From a virus (Duplodnaviria; Caudoviricetes): DNA of 64,000 nucleotides. Numbering within the stretch: the first letter of the stretch is position 1; each line of letters opens with the position of its first letter. Positions 37,356 through 45,840 of the stretch are shown piece by piece. The position numbers and the translations under genes are program-made. The notes beneath the pieces were generated by a model that worked only from the letters and a program-made list of their open reading frames with translations, ran no database searches and was not told where the DNA came from. The stretch lies in the IMG/VR virus record IMGVR_UViG_3300038443_001477, positions 1 through 64,000 of that record, one strand, 5' to 3'.

Positions 37356-37591
37356 CGCAGGGGCCTCAGCGTCCCCAGCATCAGCCGGCGCTGATAACGC
37401 GTCTTGCTCTGGATGATGGCGTGGCCCGGGGCGAGATGCCTGTCATAGTGGAAGCCCTGGAAATCCTCGTAGCGAGTGTCGAGGATGCGGAGCCACACCT
37501 CCTCCACGGTGTTCGTGCCGTCGTGGCCGTGCGACACCATGCAGGCATGCGTCCACCGCGGCGCATCCTCCACCAGGGGCAGCCGCCTCAC
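37352..37591 (-). CDS. hypothetical protein
   Basis: GTGA/ATGA overlaps on both sides. Confidence 0.55.
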   Translation of the reverse strand: MRRLPLVEDAPRWTHACMVSHGHDGTNTVEEVWLRILDTRYEDFQGFHYDRHLAPGHAIIQSKTRYQRRLMLGTLRPLR

Positions 37592-37830
37592 TTCCGCGCC
37601 TCCCGGGCCCAGGCCCGATGGTTCCGGATGTAGCAGAGCGTGACCATGATGTTCATCGGCAGGAAGCCGACATTGCGGCTCCAGTCGTTGGCAATCCAAA
37701 GCAACCAGAAGATCTGGCCCCCAAGGCTGAAGGCCCAGGCCTTCGGCCACTTGCGGCCCTGGAGCTCGATAGCCACGATTGTGATCGCACTCATGAGCCA
37801 GGGCAGGTACGTCGCGATGATGTGGCGCAT
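37588..37830 (-). CDS. small 3-TM membrane protein (PnuC-like pattern)
   Basis: GAGGAGG RBS; W..S.ITI......G.KW..AW......Q..WL.W; an in-frame upstream ATG at 38202 also exists. Confidence 0.6.
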   Translation of the reverse strand: MRHIIATYLPWLMSAITIVAIELQGRKWPKAWAFSLGGQIFWLLWIANDWSRNVGFLPMNIMVTLCYIRNHRAWAREARK

Positions 37831-38496
37831 CGGCCCCTCCTCGGATTGGAGTTCAGCGCCCGCCTGCGTGCGTCTGCGAGCTTTAGCGCCTGTTCCCGCG
37901 CTGCTTCCTCGGAGCCCCTCGCTCCTATTGTGGGGTGATGGCGAGGCCGTGCACTCCTCGATTCCGCTGGCCCCGTGTGCAGCCCGGGTCCTCTCAACGG
38001 CACTCTCCAGAGGTCGTTCCGATCCCACTCTTGGCCTCGTCGCCCGCAGGCGGCTCGTCACCCCGCCTACTTGCTGGTCGCTGACGCCAGCCCCAGGGAA
38101 TCGCCGAAGTCCAGGCCTCGCCATCGGGGAAGAGAGCAGCTCTGGGGCTCTGGGACTGGCTCTATGTGTTCCCTGCCCGCGAGCGCTGCTCTCTTCCCCC
38201 ATGGCCCCTCCTTGCGGAGGGAAAGGGGCCGGCGTGTTCTGAGCCTCTGTCGCCGGCCCCGCCCCGTTTCTTTTTCGCGGAGGGCATCCTCCGCCACCTA
38301 GCTATACCCCCAGCCTAGAAAACGATCCCTCCCACGCCAAAGCCGACGGCTCTCATCGGCGCGGGAGGGGCTAGTCTGAAAGAGCCAAGGGACCACCGCG
38401 CTCGGCCCCAGGGGCTCGCGGATACCCGGAGACAAAGGCCCGCGAGCCGGTCTCCATTCGCCCTATTCCAGGCCGTTAGCAAGCCGGGGAATCCAA

Positions 38497-38521
38497 TGAA
38501 AAAGCCCGCTCTGGGCGGGCC
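38497..38521 (-). terminator. intrinsic terminator just downstream of putative late promoter
   Basis: GGCCCGC-CCAGA-GCGGGCT then TTTT. Confidence 0.7.
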
Positions 38522-38566
38522 TTCTTGAGCGGAGGTGCAGTTCTCACCTCTAGCTAATGCGACCGG

Positions 38567-38596
38567 ATAATAGGTGAAAAATACGGAGGTTTGCAA
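38567..38596 (-). promoter_or_regulatory. sigma70-type promoter (late, PR'-like)
   Basis: TTGCAA-18 nt-TATTAT directly after the Q-like gene. Confidence 0.55.
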
Positions 38597-38609
38597 CTCC
38601 AGCCAAAAT

Positions 38610-39365
38610 TTAGAGGTGGTGGCCGGTGATTCCGGCAGCGTCGAAGATGGTGGAGACCTCCTCCCACGCCTGGAGTTCGCAGGCCTCCAGGTATTCCATG
38701 ATCCAGCCCCGGTGCTTGGCGGCGGTGGTCAGGTTCACCCCCGCCTCGGCCGCCATCTCGGTGAGCGTGCGACTGTCCTTGGTGAAGAATTGCTCCACGA
38801 TGCGGCGGCGCAGCAAGGGCTGGGAGCTGAGGCCCTTCTTCCCAGGCACCTTCAGCACATCGGCGCGGAGCTGGATGATCGCGCACATGTCCCCGAGGGC
38901 ATTCAGCCAGCGCTCCGTCGGCCGGCGCCCGGAGCAGCAAAGGGTGCGGCAGGAGCAGGGCTTGTAGGCGGTGGTACAGAGCCCCGCGAGCACGGCCTGG
39001 TGCTCGATGTCGAGGCGGCCAAAGTGGTAGAGGATGATGCCGGCCTGGTGGTGCTTCTCCAGGCCATCGCGCCATCGCAGCGCGTAGGGGCGTACAAGGC
39101 TCCCTCCCCTCTTCTCCTTAAGCCGGGCCTGCTCCATCTCCAGGAGCTGCTCCGGGGTCTCCGCGCCCGGGATCGCCATGCCCAGGATCTCCGCTTCGCT
39201 CTTGCGCTTCTTGCGGGGCTTCTTCATCTCCACGCGAATCGAGGCCATGGCCTTATTCATGAAGGCGGTGGGCGTGGTGACTTGATCGGCGTTGAGCGCA
39301 AAGGAAAGCGCCTTCCGGCAGTCGTCGAAAGGCGCTAGGTCTTCGGGGGCTGGGGCATTGCTCAT
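38610..39365 (-). CDS. late transcription regulator (antiterminator Q-like, Zn + HTH)
   Basis: AL.FALN, QAG.I, PCSCRTLCCSG, RRRIVEQFF...TLTEMAAEAGVNLTTAAKH HTH; sits at head of late operon. Confidence 0.65.
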   Translation of the reverse strand: MSNAPAPEDLAPFDDCRKALSFALNADQVTTPTAFMNKAMASIRVEMKKPRKKRKSEAEILGMAIPGAETPEQLLEMEQARLKEKRGGSLVRPYALRWRDGLEKHHQAGIILYHFGRLDIEHQAVLAGLCTTAYKPCSCRTLCCSGRRPTERWLNALGDMCAIIQLRADVLKVPGKKGLSSQPLLRRRIVEQFFTKDSRTLTEMAAEAGVNLTTAAKHRGWIMEYLEACELQAWEEVSTIFDAAGITGHHL

Positions 39366-39381
39366 GCCCCGAGCTATACGG

Positions 39382-40191
39382 CTACATGCTCGCGTGCTGC
39401 TCGGTGCTCAGCTTGGCCCCGCGAAGGCCTTGCAGGACGGCCGCAAGATCTGGGGCGCGGTAGTGGCTCCCCTTGATCCACTTGCCGTCCGGCGTCTTGT
39501 CGATGCGCCCCGTGCTCGGATTGGCCTTGCTCAGATTGGAGCCCCCGACCTCCTCGTAGCCCTCGGAGCCGGGGAGGCCGGAAGCGAGCGTGAAGCCGCA
39601 ATTGACGACCGCGGTGTCTGTGGTGCCGTCGAGAATCTCAACTGCCTCCTCCATCTTCAGCTCGTACATGAACTCGCGCAGCTTGGCGAGCTCGGCGCGC
39701 AGCCCCACCGACTCGTTGGTCATCGTGAAGGCAAGGATGCGCAGGCGGCCGCGTATCGTCTTAATGGCGATTACCTCCTCAGGTGAGAAGCTGGCGCCGC
39801 CCTCGTTAATGAGGCTCAGGAGGCGATCCAGGGGCTTCAACATGGCAGCATAGGTCTCGGCCACTTCCTCAGCGGTCAGCGCCAAGTATGTGAGGCTGTG
39901 CTTGGTCATCATGGGATGCTCGGGCAGGAATTGATCCGAGATCTGCATCAGGTGCTTTTGCATCGCCCAGGGATCGACCGCGGCCGGCGTGATGCGGCTG
40001 TCGATGTCGAGCGGATCTTTGGCGCAATCCATGCGGGCCAGATAGAGCGTGCCCAGGAGGAGCGAGGCTACGACCAGGGCACAGAGCGTCGCCGGGAGGT
40101 AACGCCCGGGCACATAGACGATGGCACCGCTCACGGAGAAGAGGATGGCGCAGACCCAGACGCCGTACCAGCGCATGTCGAACTTGACCAC
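39382..40191 (-). CDS. MazG-like (PRA-PH family) NTP pyrophosphohydrolase with N-terminal TM helices
   Basis: L..EE..E and EILDG..D..VV..G, EV..SNLSK.......K..DGKWIKG..Y..PDL; AAGGAG RBS at GTG 40191. Confidence 0.75.
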   Translation of the reverse strand: MVKFDMRWYGVWVCAILFSVSGAIVYVPGRYLPATLCALVVASLLLGTLYLARMDCAKDPLDIDSRITPAAVDPWAMQKHLMQISDQFLPEHPMMTKHSLTYLALTAEEVAETYAAMLKPLDRLLSLINEGGASFSPEEVIAIKTIRGRLRILAFTMTNESVGLRAELAKLREFMYELKMEEAVEILDGTTDTAVVNCGFTLASGLPGSEGYEEVGGSNLSKANPSTGRIDKTPDGKWIKGSHYRAPDLAAVLQGLRGAKLSTEQHASM

Positions 40192-40203
40192 TTTACTTCT
40201 CCT

Positions 40204-40743
40204 TCACGCGTTGGGTTGGTGGGCGAGCAGCCTCGCTACGCTGCTCTGGGAGTCGCCACCCATCTCGATGTGCTCGGTGAGATAGGCGGGCTCCTTGGTG
40301 TAGATGGCGGAGTTGGCGCCGTGCTCGCGCACCTCCACGCTCACGAGGCGACAGCGCGGGGAATAGCCGTTGTCGCTCAGCCAGACCTCGGCGGCCTCGT
40401 AGATCATCTCGGCGAACTTCTCGCAGCCACACGCCGGCACCACCACCACGTCAGCGGCGCCGAGCGCGGCCAGCGCCATCATCTCCTGGAGAGCGGGGTC
40501 ATCCTCGGCGACGAGGAGCTTGTGGTCGAAGGTGTCCTGCAACCAGCCCTTAAGGCTCTTCAGCGAGCCGAAGTCGACGACCCAGTTGCGAGTGTCGAGG
40601 GCCAGCGCCTCGAACTTGAAACTGACGGCCAGCGCGTAGCCGTGCAGGAACTTGCAGTGGCTCTGTGCCCGCCACTGGCGGAAGCAGCAGCTCAAGCCGA
40701 TGTCGTGGCCGTAGCTCTTGGTGGATTGGTAGCGGGGTACCAT
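40204..40743 (-). CDS. queD: 6-carboxy-5,6,7,8-tetrahydropterin synthase
   Basis: GLSCCFRQWRA.SHC..LHGY, WVVDFG.LK..K..L...FDH, CE.FA, V.EHGANSA; GAGGAG RBS at ATG 40743. Confidence 0.9.
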   Translation of the reverse strand: MVPRYQSTKSYGHDIGLSCCFRQWRAQSHCKFLHGYALAVSFKFEALALDTRNWVVDFGSLKSLKGWLQDTFDHKLLVAEDDPALQEMMALAALGAADVVVVPACGCEKFAEMIYEAAEVWLSDNGYSPRCRLVSVEVREHGANSAIYTKEPAYLTEHIEMGGDSQSSVARLLAHQPNA

Positions 40744-40756
40744 GGGGCTCCTCGAT

Positions 40757-40783
40757 AAAAGAAAGGGGCGCGAAGCGCGCCCC
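40757..40783 (-). terminator. intrinsic terminator overlapping GTATAGCT start site before queD
   Basis: GGGGCGCG-CTT-CGCGCCCC then TTTCTTTT. Confidence 0.7.
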
Positions 40784-40810
40784 AGAGCTATACCGAGGAG
40801 GAGGCCACTC

Positions 40811-41401
40811 TTACGTCGTCGGGGGCTTTTGTGGGAAGGCTTGGGCATCACTCCCCTCCACGCCATCCTTGCCCCCGCCGCCTGAAATTCGCTGCCAGCC
40901 CAACTCCTCCAACAAGCGAGCCTGCTGATCCCAGGTCAAGCCATAGCGGAAGAGGGCATCCGCCAAGGCCGGGAGCATGAGGGGATTGTCCTTGCCCGCC
41001 TTCATGTACGCGGCGAGGGCCTGGGCCGCGGTCAGCGTGCCGGCTTGGCTATTGTGGGTGATTCTGTGCGGCCAGCGGAAGCGGTGCTCGCCACCCGCCG
41101 GAGGCTTGAGGGGCTGCGTCGCGGTGCTGCCCGCGAGGCGGAGGCTGTAATCCTTTCCGAGGGGCGCCCCACCACCAGTGGCGGTCTTCATGAAGCACTC
41201 CCGCACCTCGGCCAGCGTCGCGGCGTGAAAGACGGCGTCCAGGCTCCCCAGTGCGTACTTGCACTCGAAGAGCCCAGCGTTTCGCGTCAGCGTGAGCTCC
41301 ACGCCTACAGCCTTCGCGGAAGCGCAGAGGTCGAGCCACTCCTGCACGATCTCGCTCTCGCTGCGCTGGTCACACATCGGCCCATTTACACAGCCATTCA
41401 T
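40811..41401 (-). CDS. hypothetical protein
   Basis: ATGA overlap with upstream gene. Confidence 0.5.
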   Translation of the reverse strand: MNGCVNGPMCDQRSESEIVQEWLDLCASAKAVGVELTLTRNAGLFECKYALGSLDAVFHAATLAEVRECFMKTATGGGAPLGKDYSLRLAGSTATQPLKPPAGGEHRFRWPHRITHNSQAGTLTAAQALAAYMKAGKDNPLMLPALADALFRYGLTWDQQARLLEELGWQRISGGGGKDGVEGSDAQAFPQKPPTT

Positions 41402-41688
41402 GCTTGCTTCTCCTTCTTGCGTTGCAGTTCTTGAGTGGCGCCGCGCGCCTTGGCGTCGATGGGAAAGCCGTTGTAGGTGCTGCCAGGAGCGTCCGCCCAG
41501 CCGTCGCTCTGGCACTTGGCGTTGACCATCTGGGCCAACCCCTGCGTGAGCTCCGCGACAAAGCTCCTGAAGAGGGCATTCCAGAAGGCAAGCGTAAAGA
41601 GCGCGGCGAGAACCGCGCCCACGACCATGCCCACCCCGAACGCCAGCAGCAGATGTGTGGTGGTGAAGAAGGGGCTCGTGATCTCCAT
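41398..41688 (-). CDS. small membrane protein
   Basis: GGAGG RBS; long hydrophobic N-terminal segment. Confidence 0.55.
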   Translation of the reverse strand: MEITSPFFTTTHLLLAFGVGMVVGAVLAALFTLAFWNALFRSFVAELTQGLAQMVNAKCQSDGWADAPGSTYNGFPIDAKARGATQELQRKKEKQA

Positions 41689-41692
41689 GGCT

Positions 41693-42730
41693 TCAGGCCT
41701 CCGTGAGGATTTTGTAGGCCTCCTGCTTAAAGCCGTTGCCCCGGCCGAACCAAGCGCTATCCAGGCGCGTGTCGGGGGTGCGGCCCATCTCGTGATCCAC
41801 GTGCTCGGTGATGGCGTTGAAAAGGCCCCAGCGCGTGCCCTTGGAGGTCGCGAGATCAGCGCCCCGGCCCTCGCCCTGGAAGAGGCTCAGGATGCGGCCG
41901 ACGCTGCGGCTATCTGTGGGCTGCTCCTCCTCGGCGCCGCCCGCGTCGATGCCCAGCCAGGAGAGGTCGAGCTTAGGCTTCCGCTGCTTCTCCTTCTTGC
42001 TGCTGTCGCAGAGGATGCGCGTGAGGAATTCGCGGGCCTCGTCGAGGGTGACCGGGGTCTCCGCCATCTCGCGGGCCGACTCCATGAAGGCGGCGAAGCT
42101 CTTTTGCGCCGCCTCGACGCCGAGCTCCTTCTTGATGTAGGAGCTGTCGAAGCTGGAGCGATGCGAGAGCCGTACCATCGCCTGGGAGCCACCCTCCAGG
42201 GCTTGCCGGAAGGTGTTAGCACAGACGACTCGCACGTTGGTCAGAGCGCCCGTCGTCTGCATGCTGCCATCCAGGCTCGTCGCGAGGAGGAGGTTGAGGG
42301 CGACGCTGTCCTTATGCCCCTTCACGAAGCGCTGGGCGTCCTCACAGGTCGCCATGACCCAGAGCTTGCGGCCGCCGCGCATCGTGCCCGCGGTGTGGAT
42401 GTGCCAGCCGCCGCCCTCGGTGAACTCCCGAAAGAACTCAAGGATCTCTCGGGGCTGGTGCGGCTGGTAGCCGCTGCCCACGATGGCGAGAGGCGCGTCG
42501 TTGTCCGAGCGATAGAGGGCCTTGTAGTCGTCGAAATAGATGGCGTCGTTGTCGGGGTGGCCGATGAGGGGAACCCCCTCTCTCGCCTCCCAGTCCATGC
42601 CGGCCTCCTTCGCCCACACGCCGATGGAGGCGCCCTTGGTGACGTTCTGGCCCAGGCCATGCCAGGGCGTCTCACCGACGAAGGCCATCTCATAGCGGCC
42701 ATCGTGGCGTAGGGTCAGTTCGTGTGCCAT
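41693..42730 (-). CDS. DUF932 (TIGR03299-type) phage/plasmid protein
   Basis: MAHEL...MAFVG.TPWHGLG, TAG...GG.K.W..A, LL.TS.DGS, RVVC.NT, H, W.L.NA.TE..DH. Confidence 0.85.
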   Translation of the reverse strand: MAHELTLRHDGRYEMAFVGETPWHGLGQNVTKGASIGVWAKEAGMDWEAREGVPLIGHPDNDAIYFDDYKALYRSDNDAPLAIVGSGYQPHQPREILEFFREFTEGGGWHIHTAGTMRGGRKLWVMATCEDAQRFVKGHKDSVALNLLLATSLDGSMQTTGALTNVRVVCANTFRQALEGGSQAMVRLSHRSSFDSSYIKKELGVEAAQKSFAAFMESAREMAETPVTLDEAREFLTRILCDSSKKEKQRKPKLDLSWLGIDAGGAEEEQPTDSRSVGRILSLFQGEGRGADLATSKGTRWGLFNAITEHVDHEMGRTPDTRLDSAWFGRGNGFKQEAYKILTEA

Positions 42731-42753
42731 GTTGAATCCTCTGTGTATCTAGG

Positions 42754-43101
42754 TTACTGGCCCGGCCTGGGCCGGGGCTGATGCAGGACGTCCTCGTAGA
42801 GCGCGGTCTCCGTCATCTCGACAAGCGTGTTACGCGCCTGCTCCTCGGGCATGCCATCGCGGCGGAGGTAGCCGTAGAAGGGGTCTCCGCACATGCTCAC
42901 CATGAAGTGCTTGACGATGCGCTCCTCCTTCACGCCCTGGCGCATGATGGCCCGCGCCGCATCGCCGAGGCACTGCCGGGTGCGCACGTAGAGGCCGATG
43001 ACGGTGCGCTGGCGAGCCTCCAGTGCGGGGTCGTAGGGCAGGTCGGCGGCCTGGGCAGAGATGGTGGCGGCGAGGATCGCCAGGGTGAAGGCAGAGCGCA
43101 T
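42754..43101 (-). CDS. secreted protein with Sec signal peptide
   Basis: MRSAFTLAILAATISAQA-A; two Cys. Confidence 0.65.
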   Translation of the reverse strand: MRSAFTLAILAATISAQAADLPYDPALEARQRTVIGLYVRTRQCLGDAARAIMRQGVKEERIVKHFMVSMCGDPFYGYLRRDGMPEEQARNTLVEMTETALYEDVLHQPRPRPGQ

Positions 43102-43114
43102 GATTGGTGTCTCT

Positions 43115-44152
43115 CTAGAAGTCGAGATGGGTCTTGACGCCGGCAGCGGCGCGGAGTGCCATGATCGCGCCGAAGGTGGCGGCCAGGGCGAGCTTGTCCT
43201 CCTTTTCGACCCACTTGCGGAGGTCGTCCATCGGGATGTCTTCGGGCTTGTTGTTGTTCTTGAGGAGCTTCTTCAGGTGCTTCGCCATGGAGAGCCCCAG
43301 GTCGTTGAGTTCCTGGTCACTCAAGGCGCGGAGCTTGATCGTGCGGCCCTTCTTCGCGGCCTTGGCGGCACGCACGTCATGCAGCCCCTTCTGGAGCGCG
43401 GAGCGGGCCTTCTTGTCGCCTTTCTTGGCGGCCTTCGCCTGGGCGACCAGCTTCTTCTGCGTCGCCTTGTCCCCCTTGGCGATCTTGGCGATGTGCTTGG
43501 CATCCATCTTCGACACCTCGCCCTTCTGCGCCGCCTCCTGCACCTCCGGGTCGGCCTCCAGGAGTGCGAGCATCTCGGTCACGTGGGGATGCGCGCGGCC
43601 GACGGCCTCGCAGATCTCCTGAATCGTCATGCCCTCCACGCCCTCGTCGGGGAATCCATCCTTCAGGCGCTTGTAGGCGGCAGCCTCTTCCATGGGGAGG
43701 AGCGGCTTCTGGCTGTTCTCCACGAACATCTGGATGGTGGAGTGGCGGATGTCCTGCTTCTTGTCGACGATCTTCGCCGGCACACCGACAGGGAACTCGA
43801 CCCCCTTCTTCCGCAGCAAGCGCAGAGCGAGGGTGCGGCGGTGCCCCCAGACGACAGCAAAGTGCTTCTTCCCGCCTTCGGCCAGCGGGTGGTCGGCGGG
43901 GATGCGACGCACCCCGAGCTGCTCCAGCAGGCCGCCGCCGCTGGGATCGCGCTTCAGCTCGGCGTGGATCATCTCGGCGAGGCCCTCGACATCGCCCATG
44001 TCCCAGCGAATGTTCCAGGCGGGGTCGATGGCGATGGTGTCAGGGTCGATGAAGAAGGCGGAGGTGCGCTTCGTGACGCCGGGGCCTACGTCGCTCTTGC
44101 GAGTGGCTGGCGATTCAGTGGGAGCGACAGCGGTGGCGCTGGCTTCGGTCAT
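43115..44152 (-). CDS. ParB/Srx-like protein
   Basis: WNIR, VWGHRRTLA, EN.Q..L.PMEEA.AY.RL, HTH TIQEICEAVGRAHPHV. Confidence 0.85.
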   Translation of the reverse strand: MTEASATAVAPTESPATRKSDVGPGVTKRTSAFFIDPDTIAIDPAWNIRWDMGDVEGLAEMIHAELKRDPSGGGLLEQLGVRRIPADHPLAEGGKKHFAVVWGHRRTLALRLLRKKGVEFPVGVPAKIVDKKQDIRHSTIQMFVENSQKPLLPMEEAAAYKRLKDGFPDEGVEGMTIQEICEAVGRAHPHVTEMLALLEADPEVQEAAQKGEVSKMDAKHIAKIAKGDKATQKKLVAQAKAAKKGDKKARSALQKGLHDVRAAKAAKKGRTIKLRALSDQELNDLGLSMAKHLKKLLKNNNKPEDIPMDDLRKWVEKEDKLALAATFGAIMALRAAAGVKTHLDF

Positions 44153-44242
44153 TTTGAATCTCCTAAGGGTTGGTGTTGTTGACGGGGCCCATCTGCACCC
44201 ATCCCGAAGCCCCGGCGCGCGGAGCTTCTGCGGATGGAGGCG

Positions 44243-44569
44243 TCAGGCCTTGAAGCCGAAGGCCTTACCCAACGTCTGCATCGCGTTCAGAATGGTGCCG
44301 TAATCCTGAAGATCGGCGTCCATCTCGCGCTGCCGCTCGGCCACGCGCTCCAGGGTCGTCTTCAGGGCGTCCAGATAATTCGCCAGCTTCTCCAGGGCCT
44401 TCTCGTCGCTGTCATCCTCCTTGATGTAGGGGAGCGGGCCGAGGGCGGAGCTGTAGGGCATGGCGGACATGCACTGATTGATGAGGGAGCGGGCGCTGGG
44501 GGCCTGCTCCTCGGCCTTCGGCGGCTTCAGGGCGGAGAGGCTGGCGGAACTACTGCGGGGCTTGCTCAT
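44243..44569 (-). CDS. coiled-coil hypothetical protein
   Basis: AGGAG RBS; heptad pattern. Confidence 0.6.
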   Translation of the reverse strand: MSKPRSSSASLSALKPPKAEEQAPSARSLINQCMSAMPYSSALGPLPYIKEDDSDEKALEKLANYLDALKTTLERVAERQREMDADLQDYGTILNAMQTLGKAFGFKA

Positions 44570-44593
44570 GTGATTACTCCTGGGTGGGTTGTG

Positions 44594-44950
44594 TTAGAAA
44601 GGCTGCATGCCGGCGGCGATGCAGGCCCGCCAGAGGTCGCGAGCGTGTGCGATCTTCATGGCCCCGGAGGGCTCGTGCTCGCAACGCCAGTTGGTCGAGC
44701 GCACCCAGACGACGTCGGAGCGGCCCTTGATCCCCGTGAAGCTGATCCGCAGGGGCCTGCACGCGAACTCCTGCGGGTAAAAGAGCCCGAAGCTGTGGCC
44801 CTCGATAAGCTCCACCGAGCCCAGGCGAAGCCCGGGGTCATTGCTGTAGGCCTCGGGCCAGTAGTAAGGAATCGCGCGGCGCAGGATGTGGTCGGCGTCG
44901 TTGAAGCCCCGGCGCGAGGGCACGGCCGGCTGCGGCTTGGGCGTGTTCAT
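44594..44950 (-). CDS. hypothetical protein
   Basis: AAGGAG RBS, ATGA overlap. Confidence 0.55.
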   Translation of the reverse strand: MNTPKPQPAVPSRRGFNDADHILRRAIPYYWPEAYSNDPGLRLGSVELIEGHSFGLFYPQEFACRPLRISFTGIKGRSDVVWVRSTNWRCEHEPSGAMKIAHARDLWRACIAAGMQPF

Positions 44951-45396
44951 GCTTGCTCCTTGGAAGCCAGGAAGGCCTCGTAGACGGCCCGCTCCGCTGC
45001 GATTTCGGCGCGGAGCTCGGAGTCCAGCGGGTGCCTGCCAGCCATGTCGTTCAGCGCCTTCTCCAGCGTGGCGCAGGTCTGCAGTCGATCGCGGGCCGTG
45101 TCCTGGCCCCAGGTAGAGCCGGGCTCGGCGAGCGCACTCGTCTCCAGCTTCTCGAGTTCCTCCAGGGAGGCGGAGCCCGTGTCCTCGTATTCGCGTTGCG
45201 CTGCGATGTCGTTGGCCTGCCCGATGAAGCACCTGAGGGCATCGCTCCAGCGGAGCCCATAGACCCCCAGGGAGAAGTGGCCCAGGCGCACGATCAGATC
45301 GGCGGGGCGCTGCTTCATCTTGTAGTGCATGAATTGGGTCGGGGTCAGGCTGAGGGTGCCATCCGTCAGCGTGTAGGCCGGGAGCTTCTTCGCCAT
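44947..45396 (-). CDS. hypothetical protein
   Basis: AAGGAG RBS. Confidence 0.65.
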   Translation of the reverse strand: MAKKLPAYTLTDGTLSLTPTQFMHYKMKQRPADLIVRLGHFSLGVYGLRWSDALRCFIGQANDIAAQREYEDTGSASLEELEKLETSALAEPGSTWGQDTARDRLQTCATLEKALNDMAGRHPLDSELRAEIAAERAVYEAFLASKEQA

Positions 45397-45420
45397 ATTT
45401 AGGTTCTCCTTAAGGTGAGT

Positions 45421-45458
45421 CGCATCTCTGAGCCGCCCGCGGTGGCAGGGGCTCAGGG
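45421..45458 (-). repeat. intergenic hairpin repeat copy 1 (CCCTGAGCC..GGCTCAGAGATGCG)
   Basis: 14-nt and 9-nt identities with 47041-47073. Confidence 0.8.
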
Positions 45459-45466
45459 ATGGGTTC

Positions 45467-45715
45467 TCAGAGCGTCAGAGCTTGGCGGGTGCTGATCTCG
45501 CGCTCGATGTCCGTCACGCGGAGGTCGGCGAACTCGGCTTGTTGCTTCCAGTAGCGGAGGCAGCCCTCAGCATCGGCCTTGGCGTCCTGGGTGCGGGCCA
45601 ACTCAGAGCGGAGGCTGAAGGCGTGGGAGTTGTTGTGGGCGCGGCGAGCATCGTGTTCGGCGCGGAGAAGCTCGCATTCGAGTTCGTGGCGGGTCATGTC
45701 GGAAAGGGCAGCCAT
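45467..45715 (-). CDS. hypothetical early protein
   Basis: AAAGGAG RBS; first gene after promoter at 45762-45795. Confidence 0.65.
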   Translation of the reverse strand: MAALSDMTRHELECELLRAEHDARRAHNNSHAFSLRSELARTQDAKADAEGCLRYWKQQAEFADLRVTDIEREISTRQALTL

Positions 45716-45761
45716 GTGTATCTCCTTTGGCGCTCAGCGGAGGAATTCCGGTGGCGTGGCT

Positions 45762-45795
45762 AGATTATAGATAGATTCTGAACGCCCGTGCAATG
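45762..45795 (-). promoter_or_regulatory. sigma70-type early promoter with operator-like palindrome
   Basis: TTGCAC-18 nt-TATAAT; AATCTATCTATAATCT over the -10. Confidence 0.7.
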
Positions 45796-45840
45796 CGAAA
45801 GAGGCGGCGCTTAGACCGCCGTTTATCGGATTCTCTTTAC

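Noticed and set aside
38340-38455. HDV-like or hammerhead ribozyme
   Set aside because: No P3/L3 UCCUCG-type loop or C-R-A J4/2 for HDV; CCGATGAG is not CUGAUGA and no GAAA follows for hammerhead
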